Positions 10,218 to 21,721 of a stretch of 64,000 nt of DNA are shown piece by piece. The stretch lies in the IMG/VR virus record IMGVR_UViG_3300037459_000123; one strand, given 5' to 3'. A model generated the notes under the pieces. The model was not told where the DNA came from and did not search any database. It saw nothing but the letters and a program-made list of their open reading frames with translations. The translations under genes and the position numbers were made by a program. Each line of letters begins with the position of its first letter. Within the stretch, counting starts at the first letter, position 1. This DNA is from an uncultured virus (IMG/VR IMGVR_UViG_3300037459_000123) (taxonomy: Duplodnaviria > Heunggongvirae > Uroviricota > Caudoviricetes).

Positions 10218-10447
10218 TCGAGGACGTTGGCTTCGCTGCGTTCGTCCTCGATGTGATCGCAACGTGGTTGTTCACCAAAAAACATCTGTGGGCCTGGCCC
10301 ATCAGCCTGTTGTCGCTGGGGTGTTGGTGGCTCTACGGGATGATGACTCACGATCGGCCGATCGTGGTGAGCACTTCCGTTTTTACGGTCATCTGTCTCT
10401 ACGGATGGTGGCGGTGGTGGAAGGACGAACAGGAGCTTGAGGAGTGA
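10214..10447 (+). CDS. Small 3-TM PnuC/PQ-loop-like membrane protein
   Basis: Three hydrophobic helices, KKHLWAWPI and YGWWRW motifs. Confidence 0.55.
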   Translation: MIEDVGFAAFVLDVIATWLFTKKHLWAWPISLLSLGCWWLYGMMTHDRPIVVSTSVFTVICLYGWWRWWKDEQELEE

Positions 10448-11070
10448 GGCGCAAGCTCTACCGAGGGATCATGATCGATCCGCCGTGGAACGAGACAGGC
10501 GGAGCGGCCAAGTCCAAGGCGTTCGGTGCGGGGCCGCGCGGCGCAGATCAACACTATCCGTTGCTCAAGACGCCCGAGATCCCCCCGGCCATTCTTGCCT
10601 CCGGGATGTTCAACCTCACACCGGACAGCCACCTGTACCTGTGGGTCACCAACAACTTTATGGAGGACGGGATCTGGGTGATGAATCAACTCGGGTTCCG
10701 CCTGATTCAAAAAATCGAGTGGGTCAAAGCTCCGCGCGTGCCGGTGTGGATCGAGCCCAAGCCGGGGGTGATCGTCCAGCCCGTGGGTGGAAGGTTGGTC
10801 TATCCGGATCGCGACTTCGGGCTCGGGCGCTACTTCCGAGGCAAGACTGAGACCTGTCTGTTCGGGGTCCGCGGGGCGGGGCTGAGTGTCTGCACTCCGG
10901 CCAAGAATGTCACCAATCTGATCGTGGCGCCCAAGACCAGGCACAGCCGCAAACCGCCGGAGGCGTATCTAAAAGTGGAGGAGCGGACCCTTCCGCCTTT
11001 TTTAGAGATGTTTGGGCGTGGTAGTTTCGGCCGCGCCAACTGGGACATCCACGGCAACGAGTCGATCTGA
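10444..11070 (+). CDS. MT-A70 family N6-adenine methyltransferase
   Basis: IDPPW, LYLWVTN, ETCLFG, HSRKP, LEMFGR. Confidence 0.9.
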   Translation: MRRKLYRGIMIDPPWNETGGAAKSKAFGAGPRGADQHYPLLKTPEIPPAILASGMFNLTPDSHLYLWVTNNFMEDGIWVMNQLGFRLIQKIEWVKAPRVPVWIEPKPGVIVQPVGGRLVYPDRDFGLGRYFRGKTETCLFGVRGAGLSVCTPAKNVTNLIVAPKTRHSRKPPEAYLKVEERTLPPFLEMFGRGSFGRANWDIHGNESI

Positions 11071-11084
11071 AAGGGAGCGAGAGC

Positions 11085-11780
11085 ATGGGACGCAAAACTC
11101 AATCACAGACTGACGCGCCGCCAAAGGTTCGGGGAGAGGTCGTCATCCGGTCGCTGGGTGATGTCAAAAAAAATCCCTGGAATCCAAACGTGATGACCGA
11201 CACCATGAAAGCGAGTCTCCGGCACGGGCTCAAAACGGACGGGTGGCTGATCTCGCAATCGCTCCTGATCTGGGGTCGAGACGACAACGGAGATCAGCAG
11301 GACATGATCATCGACGGGGAGCATCGTTGGGTGGAGGCGCAGGCGCTCGGCATGAAGGAGGGCCCGATGGTGTTCCTGGATGGGCTCACCAAGGCGAAGG
11401 CCAAGGCGCTGACGATCAAGATGAATCAGAAGCGCGGTGAGTTCGACGCGGACAAGCTCGCGGACGTGGTCGTCGACCTGGCCGACGCGCTGGGGGACAT
11501 CGACCTCGGGATCGAGTTGGGTTTGGAGGAGGACTACATCGCAGGGCTGACGCAACCGGTCGCATCTGAACCCGCGCGGAAAAAGCCCGGCGGATTCAGC
11601 GGCAAGGTTCACGCGCGCAAGGCGGTGATCAAGTACGTCCTCGTGTTCGAGAACGAGGCCCAGCAGGAGCGATATTTCGAGTTCCTGCAAATGCTCAAGC
11701 GTGACGTACCCGGCAAGTCCGTGGCCGAGCGTCAGGACAAGTGGCTTGCTGACAACATGCCAAAGGATCCGCCCGAGTGA
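11085..11780 (+). CDS. ParB/Srx-like N-terminal domain protein
   Basis: NPWNPNVM, IIDGEHRW, MNQKRG. Confidence 0.8.
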   Translation: MGRKTQSQTDAPPKVRGEVVIRSLGDVKKNPWNPNVMTDTMKASLRHGLKTDGWLISQSLLIWGRDDNGDQQDMIIDGEHRWVEAQALGMKEGPMVFLDGLTKAKAKALTIKMNQKRGEFDADKLADVVVDLADALGDIDLGIELGLEEDYIAGLTQPVASEPARKKPGGFSGKVHARKAVIKYVLVFENEAQQERYFEFLQMLKRDVPGKSVAERQDKWLADNMPKDPPE

Positions 11781-12673
11781 CTGAGCGGGGGATCATCGTC
11801 CTTGGGCTACCACGCTCGGGGACCACGCTGCTCCGGCGACTGCTTGACGCACATCCGCACATCGCTTGCCCCGGGGAGACGTGCCTGTTCACCGCGTGCG
11901 CGCGATTTCTGCGTTCCGAGATTGTCGGTGATGGTGTCCCGTTCGGTGTGCTGACTGGGCTCGGCTTCGCGGGGTTCAAGGAGGCGGAGATCCTGGACCG
12001 TCTGCGACAGTTTGCTTTCGACTTTCATCGCGACCACGCCAAGCGGGAGGGCAAGCCACGATGGGCCGAAAAGAGCGCCATCGATTCGTTCTATGTGGAC
12101 GAGATCGAAAAGCTGTGCGGCGACGAGGTCCACTACATCGTGATCACGCGGCATGGACTCGATGCGGCGTGTAGCAATCTCGAACTGAGTGATCTGGGTT
12201 TCGTGTTCTTGTCGGAGTTTCACGACTACGTGCGACGATACCCGCGGCCGCTCGAAGCGTTCGCCCATGCGTGGGTGGACGTGAACCGATCGCTACTGGC
12301 GTTGGAGGAGCGACGCCCGGCGCAGGTGACGCGCATCCGATACGAGGATCTCGTGGTGGATGTCGACCGAGTGATGTCGCACATCATGTTCAAGGTCGGC
12401 GAGACCTGGGATCCCTCCTATGTCCAATCCGGGCTCGACAAGATCAGCGTGGGATTCGGCGACTGGAAAACCTACGGCAGCAAGGAGGTACACAGCGAGA
12501 GCGTCGGCCGCCACCATGCGCTACCTCCTTACACGCGCAACCGGCTGGGGGACATCTGCAATCCGATGCTCGACGCGCTCGGGTATTTGGAGGTCGAGTA
12601 CAACGAGCGAGCAGATCAGGACCCGGTACGGCGCTATGAGAGGGGTCTGAAGCTCCAAGCAGGCGGCGACTAG
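11777..12673 (+). CDS. PAPS-dependent sulfotransferase (TPST/Sulfotransfer_3-like)
   Basis: GLPRSGTTLLRRLLDAHP 5'-PSB loop, WAEKS, RHGLDAACS 3'-PB, RIRYEDLV, SVGRH. Confidence 0.85.
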   Translation: MTERGIIVLGLPRSGTTLLRRLLDAHPHIACPGETCLFTACARFLRSEIVGDGVPFGVLTGLGFAGFKEAEILDRLRQFAFDFHRDHAKREGKPRWAEKSAIDSFYVDEIEKLCGDEVHYIVITRHGLDAACSNLELSDLGFVFLSEFHDYVRRYPRPLEAFAHAWVDVNRSLLALEERRPAQVTRIRYEDLVVDVDRVMSHIMFKVGETWDPSYVQSGLDKISVGFGDWKTYGSKEVHSESVGRHHALPPYTRNRLGDICNPMLDALGYLEVEYNERADQDPVRRYERGLKLQAGGD

Positions 12674-12733
12674 CCTCGAAAATCTCGGCTTGGCGGTGGC
12701 CAATCCTGGGGTTCCGGCAGCATAATAGATCAA

Positions 12734-15700
12734 ATGCGTGATCTAGCGACATTTCGGGGCATCGAGGACTACGTCAACAGCGAGTTGAGGGAGGCGCTGG
12801 AATTGGCAATCAAGGCCCACCGCGAGACGCCGTCGGTCGGGGTGGTCATCGCCACATGGAACGGTCAGCAGACCTACGACGAGCCCCAGCCCGCGCTTTT
12901 TGGAGGCTTCGGTGTCGAGGAGGCGCAGGTCCGTGGCATGCTCACCCACAACGCGCGCAAACTACGCGCCAAGGGTGTGCTGTACGTTGAGATGGAAGGG
13001 CGGACGGTGCGTGTGCATCTGGAGCATGCTGAGTTCGGGGACCGGCTGTGGGAGGCCGAGCTTGTCGGCGCTACACTCGGCGCGTTTGCCAAGCCCGAGC
13101 CAGTCGCCAACGAGGACGTGACGCGGTTTCTGCCGCGCCGCTACATGAACTGAGGGAGCCATGACGATCGTACAAAACAAGGGGAGCGTTTCGGTACGGT
13201 GCGACGTGCCCAACTGCCACATGGAAGTGCTCGGCCAGACCGAGGAGGACGCGCTGGAGGATGCGCAGTTGATGGGCTGGAAGAAGATGCCCGGCGATAA
13301 GCTCGCTTGCTCGGACTGTCTCAAGGGTACGTCTCCGGTGGCGGCGCGCGCCAAGGCGAAGTTCGGCCAGGCCCAGCACAAGATCGACAGCAGCCCCGCG
13401 AGCTACAGCAAAGGTGACGAGGTCCATGACCCGGCGAGCGGTGATCTGGTTGGCACGGCTGCGCATGACGTCAAGGCGGGGGACGAGTTGACTGTCGACC
13501 TGATTGCACCCGGTGGCAATGCCGCCACGGGCGCGCAGCCTGTAAAGCAACTACAGGCCCCACCCACGGATCCGGATGATGCACCGGCACACGGTGGGAG
13601 TACGATCGTGACACCCGAGGGGGATGAGGTTCATGCGCCGTTCATTGCGCCGGGGCCGGACGTCGAGCCCGAGCCGGGGACGGCCGAGGAAAAGGCAAAG
13701 TCCGAGATGCTGGTCGAGGAGGTTGACGACCTGTTTAGCAACACGACTTGGGACCCGACACGCAAGGCGGATTCAAACTAGGAGCAGCCGATGAGTGACA
13801 GCGATCCAGATATCGAGGAGTTGACCAAGACGATGGCCCCCGACGATCCGCCGCTCGGCACCGACGAGGCGCGGCCGGAGTACGACTGTCAGCAGATCCG
13901 CACCGAGTTTCCCAAGGTGTTCCGCGTCGAGTTCGAGCAGAACGTGGAGGCGAACATCGAGATGAAAATGCTCGGCAAGCAGCGGGAGCACATCGGCACC
14001 GTGGATCTCGGTCCGGACCTACCGGCCGATACCACCGGGTTGATGCAGGCGATGTCCAGTCACTTCGGCGCCAAGGTCGACGAGGGTGCCATGGACGAGG
14101 CCGCCAAGGCGCTCGACAGCTTCGGGGACTGATGTCGGAAGACAGTCCCATCCCGATGTTATTGTGGTGCCCGTTCTGCCGCGAGCGCCACATCGACGCC
14201 GGTAAGTTTGCAACCAAACCGCACCACACTCATGCCTGTCAGAAGTGCGGAGGCGTTTGGCGGCCTGCGATCGTTCCCACAGTCGGGGTGAAATTTCTCC
14301 ACGGATTCAAGGACGCTTGATGGCCAAGTCCAAGGTCGTCCTCGTGTACATCGGCGCGCACCGACACGAGGCCAAGCTGGTTCACATCTACTCTCCGATC
14401 AGCCCGGAGGGTGCGCTACCCGAGCGCGGGTTTTTCTATCAGGCTCCGCTCGCTCTGTACCCTCCAGGTTCGCGGATTGAGTTCGAGTTCAAGGGTAACG
14501 CCAGGCAGGTCATCCCCAGCACAGCGCGCTACATCGGGAAGTGGCATGACGAGGAGGACATCATCGGCTGGGTTGCCGCCAGCGCCGCCGTGCTGGCCTC
14601 TGAGGCGTCCTGGAATGATGACCCACCCCTCACGATGCAGGAGGCGCTCAGCCCGCTCAGAAAGGCGTACATGGCCCTGGATGACGCGGCCAAGCCCATC
14701 ATGATCGCGCAGGTGGTCAACTGCATCACCGGGGAACTCTGATGGCGACCCGAGTGACGATCTATCCGGCGACGGATGAAGGGTTTGCCGCAATTGCAGA
14801 GCATTTCAAGACCGGTAAAGTGCAAGTTGTCAAATGCTTGGAGTGTGGGGCTCCGATGAAGGATGGAGAGTGCTCCAGGTATTCGACTGGCGCGCCCGAT
14901 GATATGCCGTGTCACCCAGGTATCGCCGAGCAATCCGAGGGAGGAGACACCCGATGACTGACCGAGCAGAAGCGGAGCGGGTGGCGCGGGCGCTGTTTGT
15001 GCGCGACGACCGAGGCTATTCGCCGGACGGGCTGGACCGTAATGTCAGCGACAACCCCGCGACACGGGCCGTCGTCATCCGGGTTATAACCGACGCCCTC
15101 CTCGCCTACGGCAAAGCCCAACGACGAGCTACGCTAGAGCGCCTGTGCCTTGATGCCGAGCAGCAGACGGACGATGCGCGGTCGGATGCGCAGCACAACA
15201 GCCACAGTATGTACGCGGAGGGCTGGCTGGGCGCGTGTCAGCACTTCCGTGACTGGTTGAGGAAGCGCAGGGACCTCGATGACTGAGTACACAGACTACC
15301 AGAAGAACGCCATTGTGAAGGCCGCCGTGGCCCTCGGGGATAAGATGTTTCTGTCGCCGCAGCGCACGGCACTCATCGCTGCCCTCAATCCCAGCCCGCT
15401 GCCGAGTGACGATGAGTTGCGGACCATCGCTAATACGGCGCGAGACAAGAAGGGCTTTGCCGGGTCCTCCATCGCGGACCGTGCCATCTTCGCCGCCGGT
15501 CTTCGACGCGCACACGAGGTCGCGCTCACGGGCGAGGAAGGCTGCCTGCTGGTGTTGGCAGACGAGATGGAGGGAAGATGACCGTAAGTCCTAGAGCGGA
15601 AGCAGAGCGTCTGGCGTCTGCGGTGTTTGACCAAATGGAGACGGAGCGGGTGCGCGTGGAGGGCGAGTACATAGACCGTACAGACAAGCCGCTGATTTAC

Positions 15701-17636
15701 GAAGAGCTGGTCGCGGTGAGCCGCAAGAGCGCGGAGGGCGTCATCCTCGCTGCACTTGAGGCCGGGCGAGATGCTGAGCGGGAGCGGTGCGTGGGGGTCA
15801 TTGACGCGCTGGCGAAGGCCCAAGCGGGCTCGTCTAGTGGCTTTCAGAGTGCGTTGGGGGCTGGAATGTTTATGGCCAAGGACGCCCTCCGCACCACCGA
15901 GCAGCCCGAGGAGTCCGATGATTGAAGAGACTAGCAAACACGGGGGAAGGCGCGTCCAGCAGTGCGGCATGTTTCGCGACAAAACCGTCTGCCTTTGGTG
16001 CGATGCAGAGGTGGACAACTCCGAGGGGAGGGAGGCTATCGCTGCATTTCTGCGTGTGCATCCGCACGATTGCGAGCAAAATGGGGGCGGCGATGAGTGA
16101 ATGCGAAGATTGCGAGGAGGAGATCCCCGCGAACCAGCGGCGACAGCGCTGTAAATGGTGCGCTCTGCTCATTTGCGCGTGGTGTTTTCATCATGTCCAC
16201 AATGGGCAGCATCGCCCGAAGCCGCGATTGGTTGAGTCACCTGAGGGGAAGGTCGCTAGTGGAGCCTGACGAGTTCGATAAGGCGGCGGGCGCGGCTTGT
16301 GGCTGTGTGCTGTGCTTGGGCAACGTGGGTGGGACGCGCAAGCTGTGCGACGTTGGTGAGCGTATCCTTGCCTACGGGGTAGCCCAACGTCAGGTCGGGG
16401 CGCTGGCAGTGATGAGCGCGCTTTCCGATGGGCAGGTTGAGAGGCTTCGCCGCGCTCTCGCCGATGGGGAGGTCGACGCGATAATGCTGGAGCGAAAGCG
16501 CGGCATCGAAGTCGTCGAGGCGTTAGTGCCCCACGAAATGAGCAAGTCAGAGGCCCGAGGCTGGCTATGGGGGAAGGTCGACTCTCTCCGCGCGCTGCGC
16601 GAACCTACGGAGCCGCCGTAATGGACAGTTGGTTAAAAAAGCACGGGGGTGATGTGGCGTTTTGCATCTTCATGAGCATTGCCGTGGGCTGTTGTACAAC
16701 CTGTCACGGCCTCGATAGGTGGCGGGCCGTGGAACGGGACCGTCATGAACTTCGTTTGCAGAAACTCAACTGTGCACCTCCCACGGAGTCGGAGTAATGG
16801 AGCCTGACGCCAGGAAGCTGACCGTTGCCCAACTCGAAAAGGCAATAGAGTCTGACCACATGCACCCGGAGATTCGCCCGGACGGTACGGTCATCATGCA
16901 TGACAAGCCGCTGCCTGAACCACGCATGAGCCAACGTCGTCCAACGGTGGAGGAGTTGGAGGATATCCTTGCCGACCCCGACAATCCCGCCGAGTGTGAA
17001 CGGTGGGCCAAGAACGCAACGCCCAAGGAAATCGCCAACTACATCAAGCGCCTCCAGGACGCCCTCGACGCTGCGCGGGAGCAAAGGACGCCAGATGGAA
17101 CCTGATGAGTTCGACAAAGCCGCCGAGTTGGCTGTCCACCTAGAGACCCGACAGGCGAGCATCTTGCGGCGTAAGATCGTTGACACTGAGCGCCGCTGGG
17201 TGGTGCGCGCCGGGTTCCGATTTCACTACCACAACAACGGACCATTGACGCGGGACGAGGCCAACAAGCTGGCCGACGACATCCTCGCGATCATCGACGA
17301 AACCAGGCAACAGCAGAGGGAGCGACAGCCGTGAAAATATGCCCACAGTGCGGGTCAGCCGAGTTCAAGATCCAGATGCGGGAGGTCGCCGCGTTCCTGG
17401 GAGTCAACCGCGAGATCCAGGTCTCGGGGATGATGTCCGTTGAGGCGTGCGCGGGAGTCGACGGGGCCAAGTGCGACTACGTCAATGTCCCGTGGTCCTA
17501 CAAGTGGGGCGATCCGCTGTCCATTACGGTCAAGCGCCCGCCCCCGCCGGATGCGCCCAAACCCAACAACAGCAAGCGGAAAAAGCCCAAGGACAAGAAG
17601 CCGAAAAGGCCCAAGCGCAAGAAGCCAAAGCGGTGA
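12734..17636 (+). other. Run of ~16 small hypothetical ORFs, mostly coupled (12734-13153, 13161-13781, 13791-14132, 14132-14320, 14320-14742, 14742-14957, 14954-15286, 15279-15581, 15578-15925, 15918-16100, 16093-16269, 16259-16621, 16621-16797, 16797-17105, 17095-17334, 17331-17636)
   Basis: Near-continuous tiling with overlapping stop/start codons; several Cys-rich; no family recognised. Confidence 0.65.
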
Positions 17637-17669
17637 TTTTGCGGAGGTCGGCTAGCGCATGCTAGGCTG

Positions 17670-18308
17670 ATGCCCATGGCGCTCAGCGAAGCCGAGGTTG
17701 ACGAGGCACTGGCCGAGGACACTGAGTCCGTTGTGCCGCTGGCTGGAGTGGGCCTAGGAGGCACGGGCCCCAAGCCCCCACCTGTGGTACCGGCCGAGGC
17801 GCGCAAGCGCCGGGAGGTTGTCTCCAAGCTGCTGGCGACCGGTGTCTCAGACGACGGCATCATCCTCGTGCTCGGCAAGAAGTTCAACGACGACGGTACT
17901 GAGGGCATGAACCTGGCCGAGTCGACGGTCCGGAGTTTGATGTCTGAGGTACGTAAGGCGTGGAAGACCGAGGATGATGTGCGCGCCGAGTTCTCGAAGC
18001 CCGCTGCCGTGCGCCGTCATCTCGACCACATCCGCAAGGCGTCACGGAAGGGGGCTTATAACGCGGTCGCGATGCTGGAGTCGAACCTGATGAAAATCGA
18101 GGGCAACGCCAGCCCGATCCGTGTGGACATCGGTGGGGACATCCGATTGACCTCCGCAATTATGCACGTCCTCGGGGAGTTCGATGAGGGTAAGGTCCGC
18201 GAATTGGTCGACGGTGAGCGTGAGCGCCTGATGCCAAACGCCCCAAAACAGGCACTTCCAGCCAAGGTTGTATCCAGCCGGGTCAAATCCGACCCCCCGG
18301 CCCCATAA
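17670..18308 (+). CDS. terS: Putative terminase small subunit
   Basis: HTH-like segment (VSKLLATG..LAESTVRSLM) followed by helices and KIEGNASPIRVDIGG, a TerS-like layout; not adjacent to terL. Confidence 0.5.
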   Translation: MPMALSEAEVDEALAEDTESVVPLAGVGLGGTGPKPPPVVPAEARKRREVVSKLLATGVSDDGIILVLGKKFNDDGTEGMNLAESTVRSLMSEVRKAWKTEDDVRAEFSKPAAVRRHLDHIRKASRKGAYNAVAMLESNLMKIEGNASPIRVDIGGDIRLTSAIMHVLGEFDEGKVRELVDGERERLMPNAPKQALPAKVVSSRVKSDPPAP

Positions 18309-18314
18309 TGGGGC

Positions 18315-19354
18315 ATGCGCAAGGTCATCCAGCCGGAGCCTGACCCGTCGTCATCCGACCAGGTGGTGGCCTCGCTCGTTGAGCAGGGCATCGAGCTACC
18401 TGAGGGCCTCCAGGGCGGGCGCGGGCATCAGGCGGTGAAGCTGACCGAGGAGCAGGCCAAGGAGATCATGGCGCTTCCACCTGCTGAGCGATTCGCCAAG
18501 GTCGACGAGGTGGTCAAGCTACAGGCGGCCGAGAACATGGAGCGCATCAAGGACTTCATGCTGCGCGTCCAATTGAAACAGTCCAAGGCGGCCGAGAAAC
18601 GTCGAGTGGTGAGCAACGACAAGTCCAAGCGCCGGGCCAAGAACAAACGGGCGCGTCAGGCACGGAGGAAGTGATGGCTGAGGCTCAACTCAAATCGGTG
18701 AAGTGCAAGACGTGCAACGACACGCGGCGACTGGACGTCGGAGAGTGTACTTGCCAGAGCAAGATCGAACACGAACCGGGCTGTGGGGTCATCGAGTGCC
18801 CCGACTGCCCACCCGAGGAGACCAATGAGCAACGATAAGCAGAGCAGGCCGTCTCCCGAGTCCAGCAACGTGCTGTACGATCACAAGCGCGAGGTCGTCG
18901 CTCAGGTCCGGCTGTACATGGAGGAGTTGCAGACGTTCAACTCGGCGGCTGCGGCGCGGGTCGATGCGCTGATCAAGGAGATGGAGTTCAAGGGCAATCG
19001 TGACGGCTACGCCGAGGCGTCAGCAGACCATCGTGCGCTGATGCGGCGGGACGATGACGAGGCGCTCTACAAGCGAGGCGTCGAGGACGGCGTAAAGCAG
19101 GAGCACGACCGACTCCAACAGGCGATCAAGAACGCGGCGGCTGAGCCATGAGGCACTTCTTGGCGTTGGCCCTTCCGATTTTCGTGGCGGCCGGGTTGTT
19201 TATGGCGGTGATCGTGTTGACGTCGAGTGCTCAGCAATCGCCGACGCAGATCGAGCGGCTGTCTCAGGCCATCGACCGCAACACCCGCGCGAGCAAGGAA
19301 CACACACGAGCCGTCCAGGCGCTTGAACGGACGGTGCGCGCGTCGTGCCGGTAG
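18315..19354 (+). other. Four small ORFs (18315-18674, 18674-18838 Cys-rich, 18825-19151, 19148-19354 with TM helix plus coiled coil)
   Basis: Coupled ORFs; CCCCATAATGGG promoter-like motif upstream. Confidence 0.55.
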
Positions 19355-19362
19355 GAGTAAAC

Positions 19363-19653
19363 ATGTTTACCCCGTTCGCACTGGACCTCGTCACGGGCCA
19401 TGTCGCAGATCATGCGTCCTGGGTCGACCCGGTGAACCCGAGCACGTCCGTCTATCTGTTGGGGCGCGCGATCACGGAGGTCTCCAAGCGCAAGGTCAGT
19501 CTCGTCTCGATTAGCATGGATCGACTCGATACCGACGGCATGGTGGATGTCAATTTGGAGATGGGCAGCAGCCGCAAATATCACTTCGCGATCAGTTGCA
19601 TGATGGCGTTGGACGAGGCGGCGGAGGCGGCGGTCAAGTCGTTTCGGTCGTGA
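19363..19653 (+). CDS. Leader-array protein 1 (MFTPFALDLVTGHV)
   Basis: Shared N-terminal motif; ATG lies within the GTAAACATGTTTAC palindrome. Confidence 0.75.
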   Translation: MFTPFALDLVTGHVADHASWVDPVNPSTSVYLLGRAITEVSKRKVSLVSISMDRLDTDGMVDVNLEMGSSRKYHFAISCMMALDEAAEAAVKSFRS

Positions 19654-20162
19654 GCACCAAGGTCTATCCGACAGGCACGATTCAACTAGGAGACGGTGAG
19701 CCCATCGACATCGCCGAGTTGACGATCGATCTTTTGGGGCCGAACGTGATGATCCGAGCATTCGCTATCAACCTGGAGAGTGGGGAGGTTGAGGTCGTCG
19801 AACAGCATACTTGGGAGGACTTTGATCGCGTTCAGTGTGTTGGTGAAGCGATGCACCACGCCAACAGAGGCGACCCGATCAAGGTCGAGAATGACACCAG
19901 GGTTAGCCGGTTCATTGCAGGTGGTGCTGTCAATGACGAGGATGAAATGGTGACGCTGCCGAGCGGCGATTCCAGGATTGCGTATCCTGCGCTCACGACC
20001 GAGTACGAGGTCCGCGAACTCAAGGACGAGACGCTCCTTTGCTGTTATTGCCGTGAGTCAATCGGCAACCTGTTGGACCTCAAAAATCCGACCCTCGAAT
20101 TGATCCGCAAGTGTCAGTGTGGGCAGATCAACGCGTTCAAGCTCGTCGGGTTATCCCTCTGA
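19650..20162 (+). CDS. Leader-array protein 2 (motif MIRAFAINLESGEV at 19749; C-terminal Zn ribbon)
   Basis: Motif in frame, either internal or at an alternative start 19749. Confidence 0.7.
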   Translation: MSTKVYPTGTIQLGDGEPIDIAELTIDLLGPNVMIRAFAINLESGEVEVVEQHTWEDFDRVQCVGEAMHHANRGDPIKVENDTRVSRFIAGGAVNDEDEMVTLPSGDSRIAYPALTTEYEVRELKDETLLCCYCRESIGNLLDLKNPTLELIRKCQCGQINAFKLVGLSL

Positions 20163-20443
20163 TGGCGCTCCCGATTGCGCCATTCGTGCTCGACCTCGAA
20201 ACAGGCGAGATCTCCGAGCACCCGCGAACGCCTGCATGGCGCCGTAGTCCTTTGATGGTTGCGTACCGCAGGGACATTGACATTCAGTGCGCGCGCTTGG
20301 GCATCGAGGTCGAGGAGGTCGTGGTCGACGGCAAAGTCACCCATCTCGATGAGGCAACTGTGGACTTGCTCAAGCAGGTCGCTGCGACACTCGCCAAGAA
20401 GGAAAAGCTACCGTCCGATCCCGAGCGATTGGAGCCGCCGTGA
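20162..20443 (+). CDS. Leader-array protein 3 (MALPIAPFVLDLETGEI)
   Basis: Shared motif, TGATG coupling. Confidence 0.75.
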   Translation: MALPIAPFVLDLETGEISEHPRTPAWRRSPLMVAYRRDIDIQCARLGIEVEEVVVDGKVTHLDEATVDLLKQVAATLAKKEKLPSDPERLEPP

Positions 20444-21066
20444 TCGCTTCGTTCGCTATCGACTTGGAGACCGGCAAGTCAGAGCGCCTCTACCCTCGGG
20501 ACGACTGGCTGTCGGCGTCGCATCAGCGCGCCTACTCTATGCATCTCGACGAGGTGCTCAAGAACTGCACGGACGACGCCTACCGAGTGGCAGAGGTCAT
20601 GCAGTCGTGTCCAACCGAGGTTTCGTTCAAGGTCGCCAACGGGAGCGAGTCGACTGTGATCACGATTGCAAGCGAGACACCGAATGCGCTCAAGGTCACC
20701 ACCCCCGAGCACATGACTCAAACGGTGCTCCACGAGTTGCAAAAGACGGAACACTGGCTCGGTGGCATTCGGCCGATCTCTCCGAACGTGCGACAGGCTC
20801 CGGCGTTCTGTGGGTGTTTGAGTCTCGTGCGAGTTGACCGAACGTGTCACGCCTGCCGCAAGGACGGCTGCAAGCAGTGCATGGAGATTGTGGACATCGG
20901 CAACAACACCAAGTCGCCGCAGTGTAAGGACGAGGACGATTGCGTCCCCGCCAACCGCGTGACACCGCCGCCTCCACGGGTATACCTGGGGATGGACTAC
21001 GCATTGAAACGAGGCGGGCGTGTGGTTGGCCGTGGGCGCGCGATCAGCGCCAAGGTGAAGCCGTGA
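20440..21066 (+). CDS. Leader-array protein 4 (MIASFAIDLETGKS), Cys-rich
   Basis: Shared motif, GTGA overlap. Confidence 0.75.
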   Translation: MIASFAIDLETGKSERLYPRDDWLSASHQRAYSMHLDEVLKNCTDDAYRVAEVMQSCPTEVSFKVANGSESTVITIASETPNALKVTTPEHMTQTVLHELQKTEHWLGGIRPISPNVRQAPAFCGCLSLVRVDRTCHACRKDGCKQCMEIVDIGNNTKSPQCKDEDDCVPANRVTPPPPRVYLGMDYALKRGGRVVGRGRAISAKVKP

Positions 21067-21410
21067 TCATTCCGTTCTACATCGACCTGGAGACCGGCGA
21101 GAGCGACACGCTGATCCTGGACTTTTTTCCGACGCCTGCATTCGTAGAGGACGCCATGGCCGATCTGATGAAGGGCCACGAGGACGCGCTCGCTCAGTCG
21201 ATCAAGATGCAGATCAACACGACACCGCAGGCGCGCAGCGGAGCCCCGATCAAGTCGATGGTGATTCACCACTCCGGCACGAGAGCCTCCGGTGTTGCCG
21301 ACGCCATGGCCAACGTGCTCAAGGCGCGCAAGCATTTTGGTGTGGACTACGCCATCGACACCGAGGGCAACGTCCTCAAGTTTGAGCCCAAGATCGTCGA
21401 CAACAAATGA
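21063..21410 (+). CDS. Leader-array protein 5 (MIIPFYIDLETGES) with amidase-like fragment
   Basis: Shared motif; MVIHHSG..DYAIDTEGNV. Confidence 0.75.
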   Translation: MIIPFYIDLETGESDTLILDFFPTPAFVEDAMADLMKGHEDALAQSIKMQINTTPQARSGAPIKSMVIHHSGTRASGVADAMANVLKARKHFGVDYAIDTEGNVLKFEPKIVDNK

Positions 21411-21721
21411 TCACGCCGTTTCGGATCAACCTGGTGACGGGGGCAGTTAGCGAGCGCGATCCTGATTGGATGGATCTGCCGTCGGAGGGGAGGACTCGGC
21501 GGCAGTTGGATCGGATTCGGCGCAAGCTACAGGACATGGTTCCGGCCCACACATTGGTGTCGGAGGTTATTCTCGACGATGACATCGTGAAGGCGCAAGT
21601 AGTGGGTGCGCCGGGACATGAATTGGCGGCCCAATACAGGCTCTCCCGCGATCGGCCTCATCATACCGACGATGTTGTGCGCGGCCTGTTTGCTGGTTTC
21701 AAGAATGCGATGTCAAGATGA
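21407..21721 (+). CDS. Leader-array protein 6 (MITPFRINLVTGAV)
   Basis: Shared motif, ATGA overlap. Confidence 0.75.
   Translation: MITPFRINLVTGAVSERDPDWMDLPSEGRTRRQLDRIRRKLQDMVPAHTLVSEVILDDDIVKAQVVGAPGHELAAQYRLSRDRPHHTDDVVRGLFAGFKNAMSR

Noticed and set aside
21063..21410. Endolysin call for array member 5
   Set aside because: Only the N-half of an amidase-like motif set is present; no complete catalytic domain or lysis cassette
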